This document shows positions 14,496 to 29,045 of a DNA stretch of 64,000 bases, piece by piece (position 1 is the first letter of the stretch; each line of letters starts with the position of its first letter). The notes below the pieces were generated by a model, which was not told the origin of the DNA, searched no databases, and worked only from the letters and a program-made list of their open reading frames with translations. The position numbers and the translations under genes are program-made. This DNA comes from the human T2T-CHM13v2.0 reference genome, Homo sapiens. The DNA lies in assembly GCF_009914755.1 (NCBI RefSeq), contig NC_060930.1, one strand, 5' to 3'.

Positions 14496-16059
14496 CCATA
14501 TTAACATTTATATTAAAATAGCTTATGTTAATTTAATTCTACCTTTGTGGTTACAATGAACTATACATGTAGCTTATCAGAATATATGCTTTTCTTGGTT
14601 CAGATCACTCTCTGTGCATCACTGAGAAGAACAAAATCATTTAAAAGCATGTTCTAGACTAAGCTATGAGGCATTTAAGTGATCTCTGAGAGAGAATAGA
14701 CCACTGTACAACATTGTAAGAGGCTTCAACTGGGTGCCATGGTGGACTGGAGAAGCTCTTTCTTTATGATCCTGAAATCACAAGGATAGAGGGAAGAAGC
14801 AAACATAAGCGCGAACAACAGTTGATGAAGCCAGTTCTGGGAGTTAATGCCAGGCTTGTAATTCTGGGCATCTTGAAACACAGCCTGATAATCTGGAAGA
14901 CATAGAAATTAAGAACCATGCTGTCACTGAAGAATGTGCTAGAACTGAGGAATGCTGATCCAAAATATGACATTAAAGCTATTGGAACATAAACCTACCA
15001 GGTTTTAGCAAAAAGCTAAAAGCTAGTAACATTATCTTTTTTATACGGAAGGAGAAATAGCTAGGAAGTAGAGGTCAGGGTGCAGACTTCAGAACCGCAA
15101 AGCTTATTCATGGCAGATTTATACTTAGAATACAAGTATTCTGATTCATATTTTATTGTGTTTTAAAATTTATTATTCAAAATTAGTTGCATTCTTTGGC
15201 ACTGCAGTAATAATTGCCACTGAAGCAATCATTGAAAGCATTTGTAATAGAAAGAACCAGGAGCACCAGAGTGCAACAGAAAAGGTGCAATAGAGAGAAG
15301 GCAAATTTCTATAAACTCTACATTCATTATCTATAGCCTACTATACTTTTTAAGTTTCTCCCATATTTTTATTTATCCAACAATTTTTTGTGAGTCCACC
15401 ATATGCCAGGATTGTTTCTAGCTTATGGTGAATATGTAATATCTTATGATGAAGATAGTAATATATTTAGTATAAGATATTACCTTGTTTAGGTACTGTT
15501 TACTATTAAACTTATACCATAGTGTGTCAGCAGAATGGGGCGATGGTTAGGAGGGAGAGAAATTTCTAATAACAGGTCCAAATTATTTTAAGAGAAAGGA
15601 GGATTATTTTTGTGAAATTAGATCTAATTTGTGGAGAAATTCAAGTTATCTTTCAAGTTCATGCAATCATGAAAAGGCAGGGCCCCTAGCAGTGAAGAAA
15701 TTGTGCTAGAGTCAGTTTAAATCCTGCCCCTGGCATTTATTGGGTGAGTCAGACTATGAAAATTACTGAACCTCTTTTCAGTTTCATCATTTATTCAACA
15801 GACATAATGATATTGCCAATCTTGTAAAGTCATGAGAAAATGCATACAAGGTACTGAGGCCAGTGCCTGCAAGCTGGAAGACACTCATATATAGTACTAA
15901 TAGCTATTTATCACCCCCTTAATTGCCAACAAGAAAGAGACTGCAAAAACACCTCAAGCTCCCAATCAAGCTCTATTGACCTATGCTAGGAAAAAAGACA
16001 TGAATTAGACACACTAGATAAAAGTTAAAAAGCCTCTTAATTCCAACAGGTAGAGTACA

Positions 16060-16997
16060 ATGGAAAGAGCTAACGACAGCACCTTCTCTGGATTCATCCT
16101 CCTGGGCTTCTCCAACAGGCCTCAGCTGGAAACAGCTCTCTTTGTGGTCATCTTGATCATCTACTTTCTGAGCTTTCTGGGCAATGGCACCATTATACTT
16201 TTATCCATTGTAGATCCTCGCCTCCATACCCCTATGTATTTCTTCCTCTCCAATCTCTCTTTTATGGATCTTTGTTTGACCACTTGTACTGTCCCTCAGA
16301 CACTGGTCAACTTTAAGGGGAAGGACAAGACCATCACCTATGGTGGCTGCGTGACCCAGCTATTCATTGCCTTGGGACTCGGGGGGAGTGGAGTGTGTCT
16401 TATTGTCTGCCATGGCCTATGACCGCTATGCAGCCGTCTGCCGCCCACTCCACTACATGGTGAGCATGCATCCCCAACTTTGCTTGCAGTTGGTTGTAAC
16501 CACTTGGCTCACAGGGTTTGGCAATTCTGTGATACAGACAGCATTGACCATGACTCTCCCCCTCTGTGATAAAAACCAAGTGGATCATTTCTTCTGTGAA
16601 GTTCCAGTGATGCTGAAACTGTCCTGCACCAACACCTCCATCAACGAGGCTGAAATCTTTGCTGTCAGTGTCTTCTTCTTGGTGGTGCCTCTCTCACTCA
16701 TCTTAGCATCCTATGGTCACATTACTCATGCAGTCCTGAAGATAAAGTCAGCTCAAGGGAGGCAGAAGGCTTTTGGAACCTGTGGTTCTCACCTCCTGGT
16801 AGTGATCATTTTCTTTGGGACACTCATCTCCATGTACCTCCAGCCTCCCTCCAGTTATTCACAGGATGTGAACAAAAGCATTGCACTCTTCTATACTCTG
16901 GTGACTCCTCTACTGAATCCCCTAATTTACACTCTGAGGAACAAGGAAGTCAAAGGGGCAACTAAGAAGACTAGTGGGGAGGACCATAGATGCATGA
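16060..16997 (+). pseudogene. OR2B7P: Family-2 olfactory receptor pseudogene
   Basis: [27 protein letters not shown]; +1 frameshift in G-run 16381-16386; [43 protein letters not shown]; second +1 near 16961; ancestral TGA 16995-16997. Symbol from recalled gene order. Confidence 0.78.
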
Positions 16998-19804
16998 GAA
17001 AGTTAACGCAGGGTTTGCAGTTCCAAACATTTGTGCACTAGAAGACTGCTGAGAAGCTACAAACTAGTTTTAACTGAATTCAACAAATCTTCCTAAAGCA
17101 TCTACTGTGTACCAGGCACTGTTTAGGTACTTGAGATATATACAGATATATAGATATCAGTGAGTGAAACAGAGACCCCTGTCCTCATGAAGTTAACCTT
17201 ATAGGGAGAGCATAAGTTAAGTAAGATAAGCTAAAATTAAATTGTGGTATATGATGTATTGGAATGCTATACAATAATGACAAAAAACTGTAAGTACATA
17301 CAACAATGTGGATAATTCTCACAAACACAATGTTGAGTTAAGCCAGATACCGTATATAACATATGATTCCACTCATGTAAAAGGCAAAACCAGGCAAAAC
17401 AAATCTGTTGTTATGCAAGTCAGAATAGTGGTTCCCTTGGGGAGTAGTGATTGCAAGGATAAATCGGAGATGGGGGTTATGGGATTCTAATCACATTCTG
17501 ATTCTTTATCTGAATGCGCGTTATATATGATATGCAATTTGTGAAGTCATCAAACTTTACACATATATTCACACATAAATGGATGAGAATTGCAGACAGG
17601 AGAGGAACACATAATGTATCTGCAGTATCTTTACATATGTTATACTTCAATATCATCTACATTTAAAATTTTTATATGAGTCAGTAATCAACCGAATACT
17701 ATGGTACTAAATAATCACATTAAGCATTTTTTTTCCTTTCACACAAAGAGTGAGTTTACATTGCAGTTGATCTAAGTTAATTCTTTCCGTTGAACTGAAC
17801 TACTAGATACTAAGATGTTTTTGATATTAGTAATATTTAGCCAGACTAGAATGAACCCTACTTAACTTTCATTGAAGATCTCTATCAAAGATCATTTCTG
17901 CAAGGAGTTTCTGGTCTCCTGTAAATTCCATGTAGATCCTAGTGACCAGTTCTTGAAGCAAATATACAGTGATAATTTTCAAATGAAAATTTTACTACTA
18001 AGTATTTCAACTGCCATGAATTAACTATAGTATGACAGAAAAGGAGGTTTAGAGTGTGCTTGTGTGTATGTCTGTGTGTATATGAATGTTTGAACTCTAA
18101 AAAATCCACAACTTAGTAAAAACCTAAAAATATTTTCACTAGCCAGAGATTTCAAGATATTTAAATACTGGATGGCATATACATAAAATAGCAGGTATTG
18201 AAAGAGATGTAAAACAAAGTAGAAAACAGAATCAAATTATTATTTGGTAAATTCAATGTATAGTTTAATCTTCTTGATTATTTCTTATTTTGACAATGGC
18301 AAGTTTGAAGGTTTGTTAATGTATTACTCTGCAAGTGAAACGATGAAGTGGCAAAATTTTCTTTACATAAGTGAAAATTGATTAGTGAATCATTAAGTTC
18401 CCTAATGATCTTCTCTCCACTTGTATTCAATAATTTTGAGTGATTTCTTATTATTTTATGAGTGCAGCTCCTAAGATATGATTATTTTAATGGCAGTTCC
18501 TTGGACTTTTAAACCATAACAGCTAGCTTCATTGATAATCATATCATTTTTAAGACACGAAGATATCAGACTCTATGTCCTCCTAGACGTTTGCTTTTCC
18601 CTTTTCAGAAAACAAACATTGCTTCCATTTTACTAGCTCAATTTCTTATCCCATTCAAGGTGATCTTTTATGACTTCCACTTCTAGGGAAGATGTGCTTG
18701 ATTATAGCAGGCCATATTCCCACTGCAAGTACTCGAGAAAGTCAAATAAAGTTTTAGCAACTGTATTTTTAAAGACATCATAGAGTTGCAGGGGTGACAA
18801 GGGTGAGATGGATGAGAATTGCAAACAGGAGAGGAACATTCTGAACTGAGCTGATGAGCAAAAGCGTTTGTCCCTATAGGGAGAATTTACCAGGTATGAG
18901 TGTGAGCTAAGGATTGGGCTTGGCCCAGACAGAGGGCCTTTGCCAGGAGAAAAACAAACAAACAAACAAAAACAGCATTATTTTCACATAAGGCTGGAAT
19001 GAGAAATTGAAGACTTAACAGACCTCAGATACGTGGCTGGATGTTTCCAGTGGACATTTCCATTTGCAGTGCACTGTATAGAAAGTAGGGAGCTAGACAG
19101 AAGCTTCAAAAAGATAGGGTAAAACTGCTTGTAGTTTCTTTGTTTTTAGGGAACAAAGACTTACCAGGGAAAGGAGTCCTGTCTCTATCACACAGCTTTC
19201 CTCATTATGACATTTGCCAAACTTTGAAGCTGCGTAGAGCAAGACACAAAATAGCAAAGCTGAATATTGTTGCAGGGCAGAACTTAACCTCTCAGAGTTG
19301 TTCAGGGTAGAGGAAATAAGACTTCTCAGACTGTCAAAATCCCAGGAGGGAGAAGAAGAAGGAGCACGAGGTAGACTGCATCTGTCTACAACTCAGCCTG
19401 ACCCTACTTGTTCCTAACCAAGGAATGGAAGGACTCTCCCTGGTGCAAGGTAACACCATCTGGAGCCTCTGTGGTTCTTTTATACACCATGTCTTGACTG
19501 TGATTAAAAATTACAACACATGAAAAGAGGGAAAATCATAAGACTGATAACTGAGGTAGGGAAATGCCAATAGATGAGAAGTGACAGATGATTTAGACAG
19601 TGAAGTTAGCAGCCTAGGACTTTAACATGGCTACAGTTAAGACATTCAAGAAAAACAGAGGACAGGATAGAAAAAGTGATGAGAGGATGAATTTCATAAG
19701 AGAACTAGTATCTACATAAACGAATTGAATGGATGTTACAGAAATGACAAATACAATTTCTATCACCACAATCTCTCCAAATATGGTTGCATAATGGACT
19801 TCTA

Positions 19805-20484
<680 letters not shown>

Positions 20485-21389
20485 AGGTGACATTAGGAAA
20501 AGAATAAAAAATTCTGTTGGAAACCAAAAACCAATTTAAAAAAAAGTTCTGGGCTTCCTAATACAAGCTTAATTTGAACACGAGAGGAGAATTTATAGAA
20601 AAACCAGTAGTGAAGACCAAGAATCTGATCCATTAATAAAAGCCAGCATCTGATGTTGAAAGTCCCATGGCTAAGGTATTGCACTTGGTTGCTAGAGGGC
20701 CTTGGGATGGAGGCACTGCCTCAGCACATGACAGTATAACTGTGCAGAGTCAGTTATTCTCTCACTGCTATGGTTTACTGGTCTATAAATAGCATATGAT
20801 GTCACTTAAAAAAATTAGATATAATTCATCTCTTTCATTTCTCTTATTCTTCCTTTTTAAGGCCAGATTTTTGCTACTGTTTAAGGCAAAAATGTCTTAA
20901 TACAACCATTTACACAGCTACTAAATGAGAGTGTTTTAGCATTATCCTTTCTACAAACACAACCCCTCTTCATGATCCAATTTCAATCCAGAGCCTGAAA
21001 GAATGGTACTTCTAAACTTTTTGACCTATGTGAGTCTATTATGACAACAAAAACAGTGTAATTTGTTTCATTAGCTTCCATGGTGCAAGATTCCATCAAC
21101 AGCAATTTTCACGACTTCTGAGTAAGCTGTGTGGTTTTTTTTCCAATGTAACATGCAGAAATAAACTATGGTAAGACATTCATGTGTGTATACTTCGTAT
21201 TTATTTCAGAAAACACTGGAATTAGATTATTTTTTAAAGCATGTAACTTTGAAGTAGTATTGAGCTAAAGGAAACATATTTTCTTCTACTATTCATTTTC
21301 AGCAAAGAGTTAAGAGATTGACCTATGAGATTACCCATGAATTTCATGTTCTCTGTATATATGCAACCACATGTGTAAATGTGTATGTG

Positions 21390-21858
21390 TCAAAGAGATA
21401 ACTTACTTATAGACATTATTTAGGGCCAAATACAAACCAAAATGTAACATTCTGTGGAGGAATATGAAGACAAATATTCTTTGGACATCATAAGGATGCT
21501 TCTTTCAAGATGGGGAACGAATCCAGACAGAGATTTACGTCACGCTAACAATGGCCAAGACACTCCCTTAAATACATTAAAACAAACAAAGTTTTCATGT
21601 CTTTAGATATATTAATAAAGTAACTTTCCAAACAGTATCTTGCAGGACTGTTTGACAGTTTCCAAATACCTGAAATAGGACTTTAAAAATATTTGGTAAG
21701 TACTATTTGTGGCCTGCTAACCCAGAATCAGGAGTGGACTCCTGATAATGGCTTTGACACTTAATAGTAACATCCCATTGATTGCGAATATCCCAAGTAA
21801 CCCAATCATTAGAAATGTCCAGTATGCTTCATTGAGACAAAAGTACAATAGCTGAATA
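21390..21858 (+). repeat. Source segment of a local duplication (copy at 24914-25327)
   Basis: Identical to the copy apart from a 56-bp segment missing in the copy and one substitution. Confidence 0.95.
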
Positions 21859-22853
21859 GCTTCACACTCAAAGAGGTTAAAACTATTCCCAGAAATGTTT
21901 CCCTAATACAAAAGAAAAAAAAACTTGCAGGCTTTTGAAGACTTAGCAGATTGTATTCAGTTCAGAATGGTTAAAGTAAATCCTCTAAACAATGTAAATC
22001 AATAAACTTTTTACAAAAAAAAAAAAAAAAGCAAATTGTGTCCACTCTCTCTGGTAATCTCAAGAACTCCATCCCCTGATCCCTCTGATTCAAGTCATTC
22101 ATCTTCTCTTTTCTACATTTATGCATATCCCACCTTTCTAGTAAATCACATTTCCAAGACATTTCCATACATTTCCCAGAGTCTTTCAGATCAGGTTTTA
22201 AAATATGCTATGATACTAAAAAGGAGGAAGAAATTTCTCAGCTATGCAACACAAAAGCATCAGATTGGAAGTCACCTGCAAAGGAAATGATTAACACCAA
22301 CCTATAATGTGGTCTTCCCTTCTCGATGATGCTGGCCAAATCAGAACTCTGGCAAATAGTAGCTGCTGAAATTTGCGGAATAGGAGATAAATGAGGGTCT
22401 TATACGAGTTGCTATATACTGCTTACTGAGCTAGTAATGTTTTTAGCAGGATGCATATGATCTATTTAGCCTGATTATTATATAAATAAACCTAGAATAT
22501 ACAGACTGCAGTCTGTATATTATAATATAAACAATAAAATTTAAGCCAGGCGTGGTGATGGTCACCTGTAGTCCCAGCTACTCTGGAGGCTGAGGTGGGA
22601 GGATCCTTTTTCAGCCCTGGAGTTTGAGGCTGCAGTGAGCTATAATCACGCCACTGGAATATGAAATCAACATCTCTGGAGGGTGAAATAAATTCATGAA
22701 CTTAGATTTTAATTACTTGTTTTCCTTAGAGATTTATGTAAAGAAATTTCCTGGAGAGTTGCAGGGGAAATTTTGGATGACACATGGAGAACGCATACAT
22801 CTTAAGGGCTCTGGCATTCAAAGTTCCTCCACTGCAATGTCTTTCTCTCCAAG

Positions 22854-23791
22854 TCATCTGGAGTCGTAGTTCTTCCAGAGCACCTTCTTAAGTGCTCCTT
22901 TCACATCCTTGTTCCTCAGTGTATATATGAGGGGGTTGATCATGGGTGTAATGATGGTGTAGAAGAGAGAGATGAACTTGCCCTGATCCTGAGAGTAGTT
23001 GTTGCCGGGCTGGAGGTAAGCATAGATAGCTGTGCCGTAGAACAGGGAAACCACTGTGAGGTGGGAGCCACATGTCCCAAACACTTTTCTCTGCCCTGTT
23101 GCTGACTTTATCCTCACGACTGCCCTGACAATCTGACTATAGGAGAATATGATTAATGCAACAGGTACAAGAAGAATAATGACACTGACAAAGAAGAGTT
23201 CAGATTCATTCATAGTAGTGTCAACACAGGCAAGCTTGAGCAATGGAGGAACCTCACAAAGAAAGTGTTCTAATTTATTTCTTCCACAAAGTGTTAAAAG
23301 CAAGATGAGCACCGTCTGCAATAGGGAGTTGGCAAAACCAATGACCCATGAAGTAGAAGCCATCAGCACATACAGACAAGGGTGCATGACTACTGTGTAG
23401 TGGAGGGGCCTGCAAACAGCTGCATAGCGGTCAAATGCCATCACTCCTAAGAGAACGCATTCTGTAGATCCCAAGCCTAGAGAGATGTACAGCTGAACTA
23501 CACAACCACCATAGGAGATTGATTTGTCTGCTCCCCTGAGATTAACCAGGAGCTGTGGAACAATGCCGGTTGTGTAACACAGATCCAAAAAGCTTAGGTT
23601 GGAGAAGAAAAAATACATAGGATTGTGAAGATGTGGGTCCAAGTGAGATAATACAATGATGGTTTTGTTCCCCAGCAAAGTGAAGATATAGAAGATCAAA
23701 AAACCACAAAGAGGACTAGCTCCAGCTGAGGCCTGTCAGAGAAACCCAGTAGGATAAATCCAGTGAAAGAACTTCCATTTTTCTGATCCAT
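22854..23791 (-). pseudogene. OR2B8P: Olfactory receptor 2B8 with a single 1-bp frameshift
   Basis: ATG at 23791 gives [30 protein letters not shown]; frame breaks at the A6 run 23698-23703; the remaining 281 codons are open with [38 protein letters not shown]. Span 938 nt versus 939 expected. Confidence 0.88.
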
Positions 23792-24189
23792 TCTTTGTTA
23801 GCACATGTTTTCTGTCAAACCCAAGCATTTAGCAAATTTTAAAAGGTATCTTGTAAAACAAAAGAAAAGGTGAACTCTATCATTTGTACAAGACATGGCC
23901 ATGGGATTTTATATGCAACTACTTTAATAAATGAGGTACTCATTGAGACCAACATATACCAATTTTGTTTACATTATTACAAAAAGTAACATAATTGCTA
24001 TTTAACACAGGAAAATTAAATAAGGGACCTTGTGTGTGTACCAGTCATAGGCATAAAATGTCTGTTTCAGATTGAATTTAATACTATTTAAAGTATTACA
24101 AGAATATATGTGCATTTTAGAGAAAATGGAGATGAGGGAAAAATGGAGAGAGATCAGAAAGAATGAGAGGCGGAGACAGAGGAGAGAGG

Positions 24190-25870
24190 TTATTTTATAT
24201 ATATATAGTTATATATATAATTATATATGCTATATATAACTATATATATTAGTTACATATGACTAATATATGTTATGTCTAATATATCTAATATATATTA
24301 TATATTAGTCATATATAACATATATAATATATATTATATATAAGTCATATATGACTTATATATTATATATAAGTCATATATGACTTATATATTATATATA
24401 AGTCATATATGACTTATATATAATATATATTATATATAAGTCATATATGACTTATATATTATATATAAGTCATATATGACTTATATATTATATATAAGTC
24501 ATATATGACTTATATATTATATATAAGTCATATATGACTTATATATTATATATAAGTCATATATGACTTATATATTATATATTAGTCATATATGACTTAT
24601 ATATAATATATATTATATATTAGTCATATATGACTTATATATAACATATATTATATATTAGTCATATATAACTTATATATAACATAAATTATATATTAGT
24701 CATATATGACTTATATATAACATATTATATATAAGTCATATATGACTTATATATAACATATATATTATATATTAGTCATATATGATATATGTAATATATA
24801 ATATAGTAGATATAATATCTCTAATATATTAGATATAACATACATTAGTTATATATTATATATTAGTCATATATAACTTATATATAATATATATTATATA
24901 TATATCAAAGTTATCAAAGAGATAACTTACTTATAGACATTATTTAGGGCCAAATACAAACCAAAATGTAACATTCTGTGGAGGAATATGAAGACAAATA
25001 TTGTTACGTCACGCTAACAATGGCCAAGACACTCCCTTAAATACATTAAAACAAACAAAGTTTTCATGTCTTTAGATATATTAATAAAGTAACTTTCCAA
25101 ACAGTATCTTGCAGGACTGTTTGACAGTTTCCAAATACCTGAAATAGGACTTTAAAAATATTTGGTAAGTACTATTTGTGGCCTGCTAACCCAGAATCAG
25201 GAGTGGACTCCTGATAATGGCTTTGACACTTAATAGTAACATCCCATTGATTGCGAATATCCCAAGTAACCCAATCATTAGAAATGTCCAGTATGCTTCA
25301 CTGAGACAAAAGTACAATAGCTGAATATTGACTAATATATATGACTAATAAATATTGACTAATATATGACTAATATATAATATACATTATATATAAGTTA
25401 TATATGACTAATATATAATATATATTATATATAAGTTATATATGACTAATATATAATATATAACTAATGTATGTTATATCTAATATATTAGATATATTAT
25501 ATCTACTATATTATATATTAGATATATTATTATACCTACTATATAATATATTATATCTAATATATTATATATTATATATTATATCTAATATATTATATAT
25601 ATAATATCGAATATATTATATATTATATATAATATCGAATATATTATATATTATATATATTATATCCAATATATTATATATTATATATATTATATCTAAT
25701 ATATTATATATTATATTAGATGTAACATATATTAGTCATATATAACTAATATATATTAATATAATATATATAATAGATAACATATATTAATATTAGTTAT
25801 ACATAACTAATATATACATAATAATTATAGTTATATATAATTATATTATCTATAGTTATATATAACTCTA
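24190..25870. repeat. AT-rich quasi-palindromic minisatellite region
   Basis: ~29-bp units at 24330-24760; inverted arms 24792-24900 and 25412-25520. Confidence 0.9.
24914..25327 (+). repeat. Templated copy of 21390-21858 inside the AT-rich palindrome
   Basis: 414 bp; lacks 21479-21534 (replaced by one G); T21832 versus C25301. Confidence 0.95.
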
Positions 25871-27864
25871 CACAACTGAAATTACATATACTTCACATGC
25901 TATAGAATATAATAAAAATATTCTCTAGAATGAATTCGCATATAGACATAGGACCTAGAATGTGCTTATACAAAGGATCAAATTGAATTCAAAATATCAC
26001 CAGTAGAGCTACATATACACATTTTGGTAGAATTTCCTCTCTACCTAATATATTCATGAACAGTATCCTGATTTTTCTGTATTATAGCAAAATAATGAAA
26101 TGCTCAATCAGACAGAGTCTGAAATTCATTGAATTTGCTATTCAATTACAGTGCTTATCTCTTGCCCCCAACATGCCAAAATTATCATACCAATTTAACA
26201 AGAATTCCAAAAATGTATTGCCTATGCACAGTCACCTGAAATTACTACTCTAATATCCAGCGGGCAACACTTTCCTTTTACCTCTATGGATTTCACTTTC
26301 ACATATTACCAACAACCAGAATGACAGGAATTCCTAAAGGAGGTAGAATCATTCACTATCAACATTCTAATCAGGATGAGCATCTTAAAAAGTTATCAAC
26401 TAAATACATAAATACATAGAGTTTAGGACAGGTGAATTGTCAAAGCAATGGCAGGTCAAAGACATATAAAACGAAAAGTAAGAAAATGTATTAAGAATAG
26501 TATATTGGGTTTATAAGAATCTAAAAACATCTGCCTACATTAGGTTAATTTTATATTTGCACCCTTCTGTGAGCTATCTTGAAGAATTTGTTATACTATA
26601 CCAAACACATTGCCAGCTTCAAGGTCAGTTGATTATCATTTCCATACAGCTCCTTAGTAGCGTATGAGCATGTCCCACACCGATCTAAGCAGCATCAAAG
26701 ATGAGGAATTCAGTTTCATTACATCAAATGGTTAGAAATACAATAAAACCTTAATTCTTCTAAGACTTTCTTTATATGAAACAGGTTTGTATGTAGAGCC
26801 ATTAGAGTATGAAAGAAATTGATACAAAATAGGCATAAAATAAATGTTAATAAATCTGAATAAGAGAAAAGAAAATGTCAAATGGAAGAAGAGTTGGTGG
26901 TAGGGAGGCCACTGGGAAAAGTTCTCTATCACTGACATAAATGTCTTCCTCATTCCACAATTTATATGCAAAGAAAACAACAACAAAAAAAATCAGGTGT
27001 CTTAAAATGTACAAGTACACGTAATAGAAATTTAATACATCATATACAGGAAGCATTAGTTAAACTGATCTCACTGCACTCTCAATCCCAAAGCAACAAT
27101 GTGTACAAGTACTTATTTGGCAAAATCCAACAATATTTAATTTTTTTAAACTTTCATATTTGAAGTTTGAAAAATGTAAAAAGTATCCAAAAGTTGAAGG
27201 CTAAACTGATATGCTACTTACAATTAATAATATTATCTGGTATTGCTGAGTGTTTTGTATGTTCTAAATCATTTACATGCATAATTTCAACTAATTTTTC
27301 TTATTACCATCTCTTTTTACATATAAGGATATGGATTGAAGCACTGAAGTAGCTCATCCAACATTACTAGACCCCTAAATGTTTGAAAACAAATCCAGAT
27401 CCCTTTGATATCAAAGTCCATGCTTTTAATCACCACACTACTTTATCTTCAATCAAAAGTATATATTAAAATTCAGAGGAAGCGATCACACATAACATAG
27501 AGGAGTAACATTTCACCATATTTCACAATCCCCTTAATTTCTTATTAGGTTGTGATCAGTGATAGCCACAAAAAAACTATGCACAAAATTCTAATAAAAG
27601 AATTTGTTATAAAAACAATAGAAACTATATAGAAGTCCGCCCAATGAAAGGTTACATTGCCCTGATTACACCTGGTGAGGAGAGTGAATAAAAACAAACA
27701 ATGCACACATACAGAAATATAATCCACTCATCTAAAATCAACTGCTGGCAAATTTTCAAAATGTATCTAATAAAAGGTGTTCATCAAAGTGAAGAAGGGC
27801 AAAAATAAAATGCTAACTAATCCAAGGAAAAACATCAAGATAATCATCACTATAATAAAATAAT

Positions 27865-28183
<319 letters not shown>

Positions 28184-28744
28184 TTAATGTTATAATATCA
28201 ATAAGCACCAGGAAGACATATGATAAAAGATCACAACCTGGTGAGATGATGTCATACAAACCATTTGCTGTTTTACAGGATAACATACATTAATAAAAGA
28301 ATGCTGAATGCTACTGATCTGACAAGTGTAAAAATTGATATGATTTTTACACTTGCAAAATTATACCAGGCAAAGAAGACACTCACTAGAACAGAACAAA
28401 AAATGTGATTCTTTCTGTATGTTACAATTGTTTCCAATGCCACTCCAGAGACTATGCTAGTGGGTAATAGGATACTAATGTCATATTCCATCTTCCAACT
28501 TTTAAAAAGTTTCCTCCTTACAAATAGGAAAATTGTTTTCCTTATTAGCACTGGATATGGGAAAGATGTAGCTGCAAGGAGTCTTTCATTGATTCCCAAG
28601 TGTATCCTGCTGATTTAAGTCAAAATGTTTCCTCCCTGCTTTCCTACTTGGCATCCAGCCCTCCAAAAGCAGTTTGCACCACAACAAAAGGAAATAATCC
28701 TCCAAGAAAAGAAATATATTTTTTAGCTAAGGTTAAATGAGACT

Positions 28745-29045
<301 letters not shown>

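Noticed and set aside
16367-17041. 224-aa ORF as an independent receptor
   Set aside because: It is the post-frameshift part of the pseudogene; it lacks TM1-2, and its start and tail are out-of-frame artefacts.
24330-24760. CRISPR-like array of ~29-bp palindromic repeats
   Set aside because: Units are head-to-tail with no unique spacers, there are no cas genes, and the context is human; it is a minisatellite.
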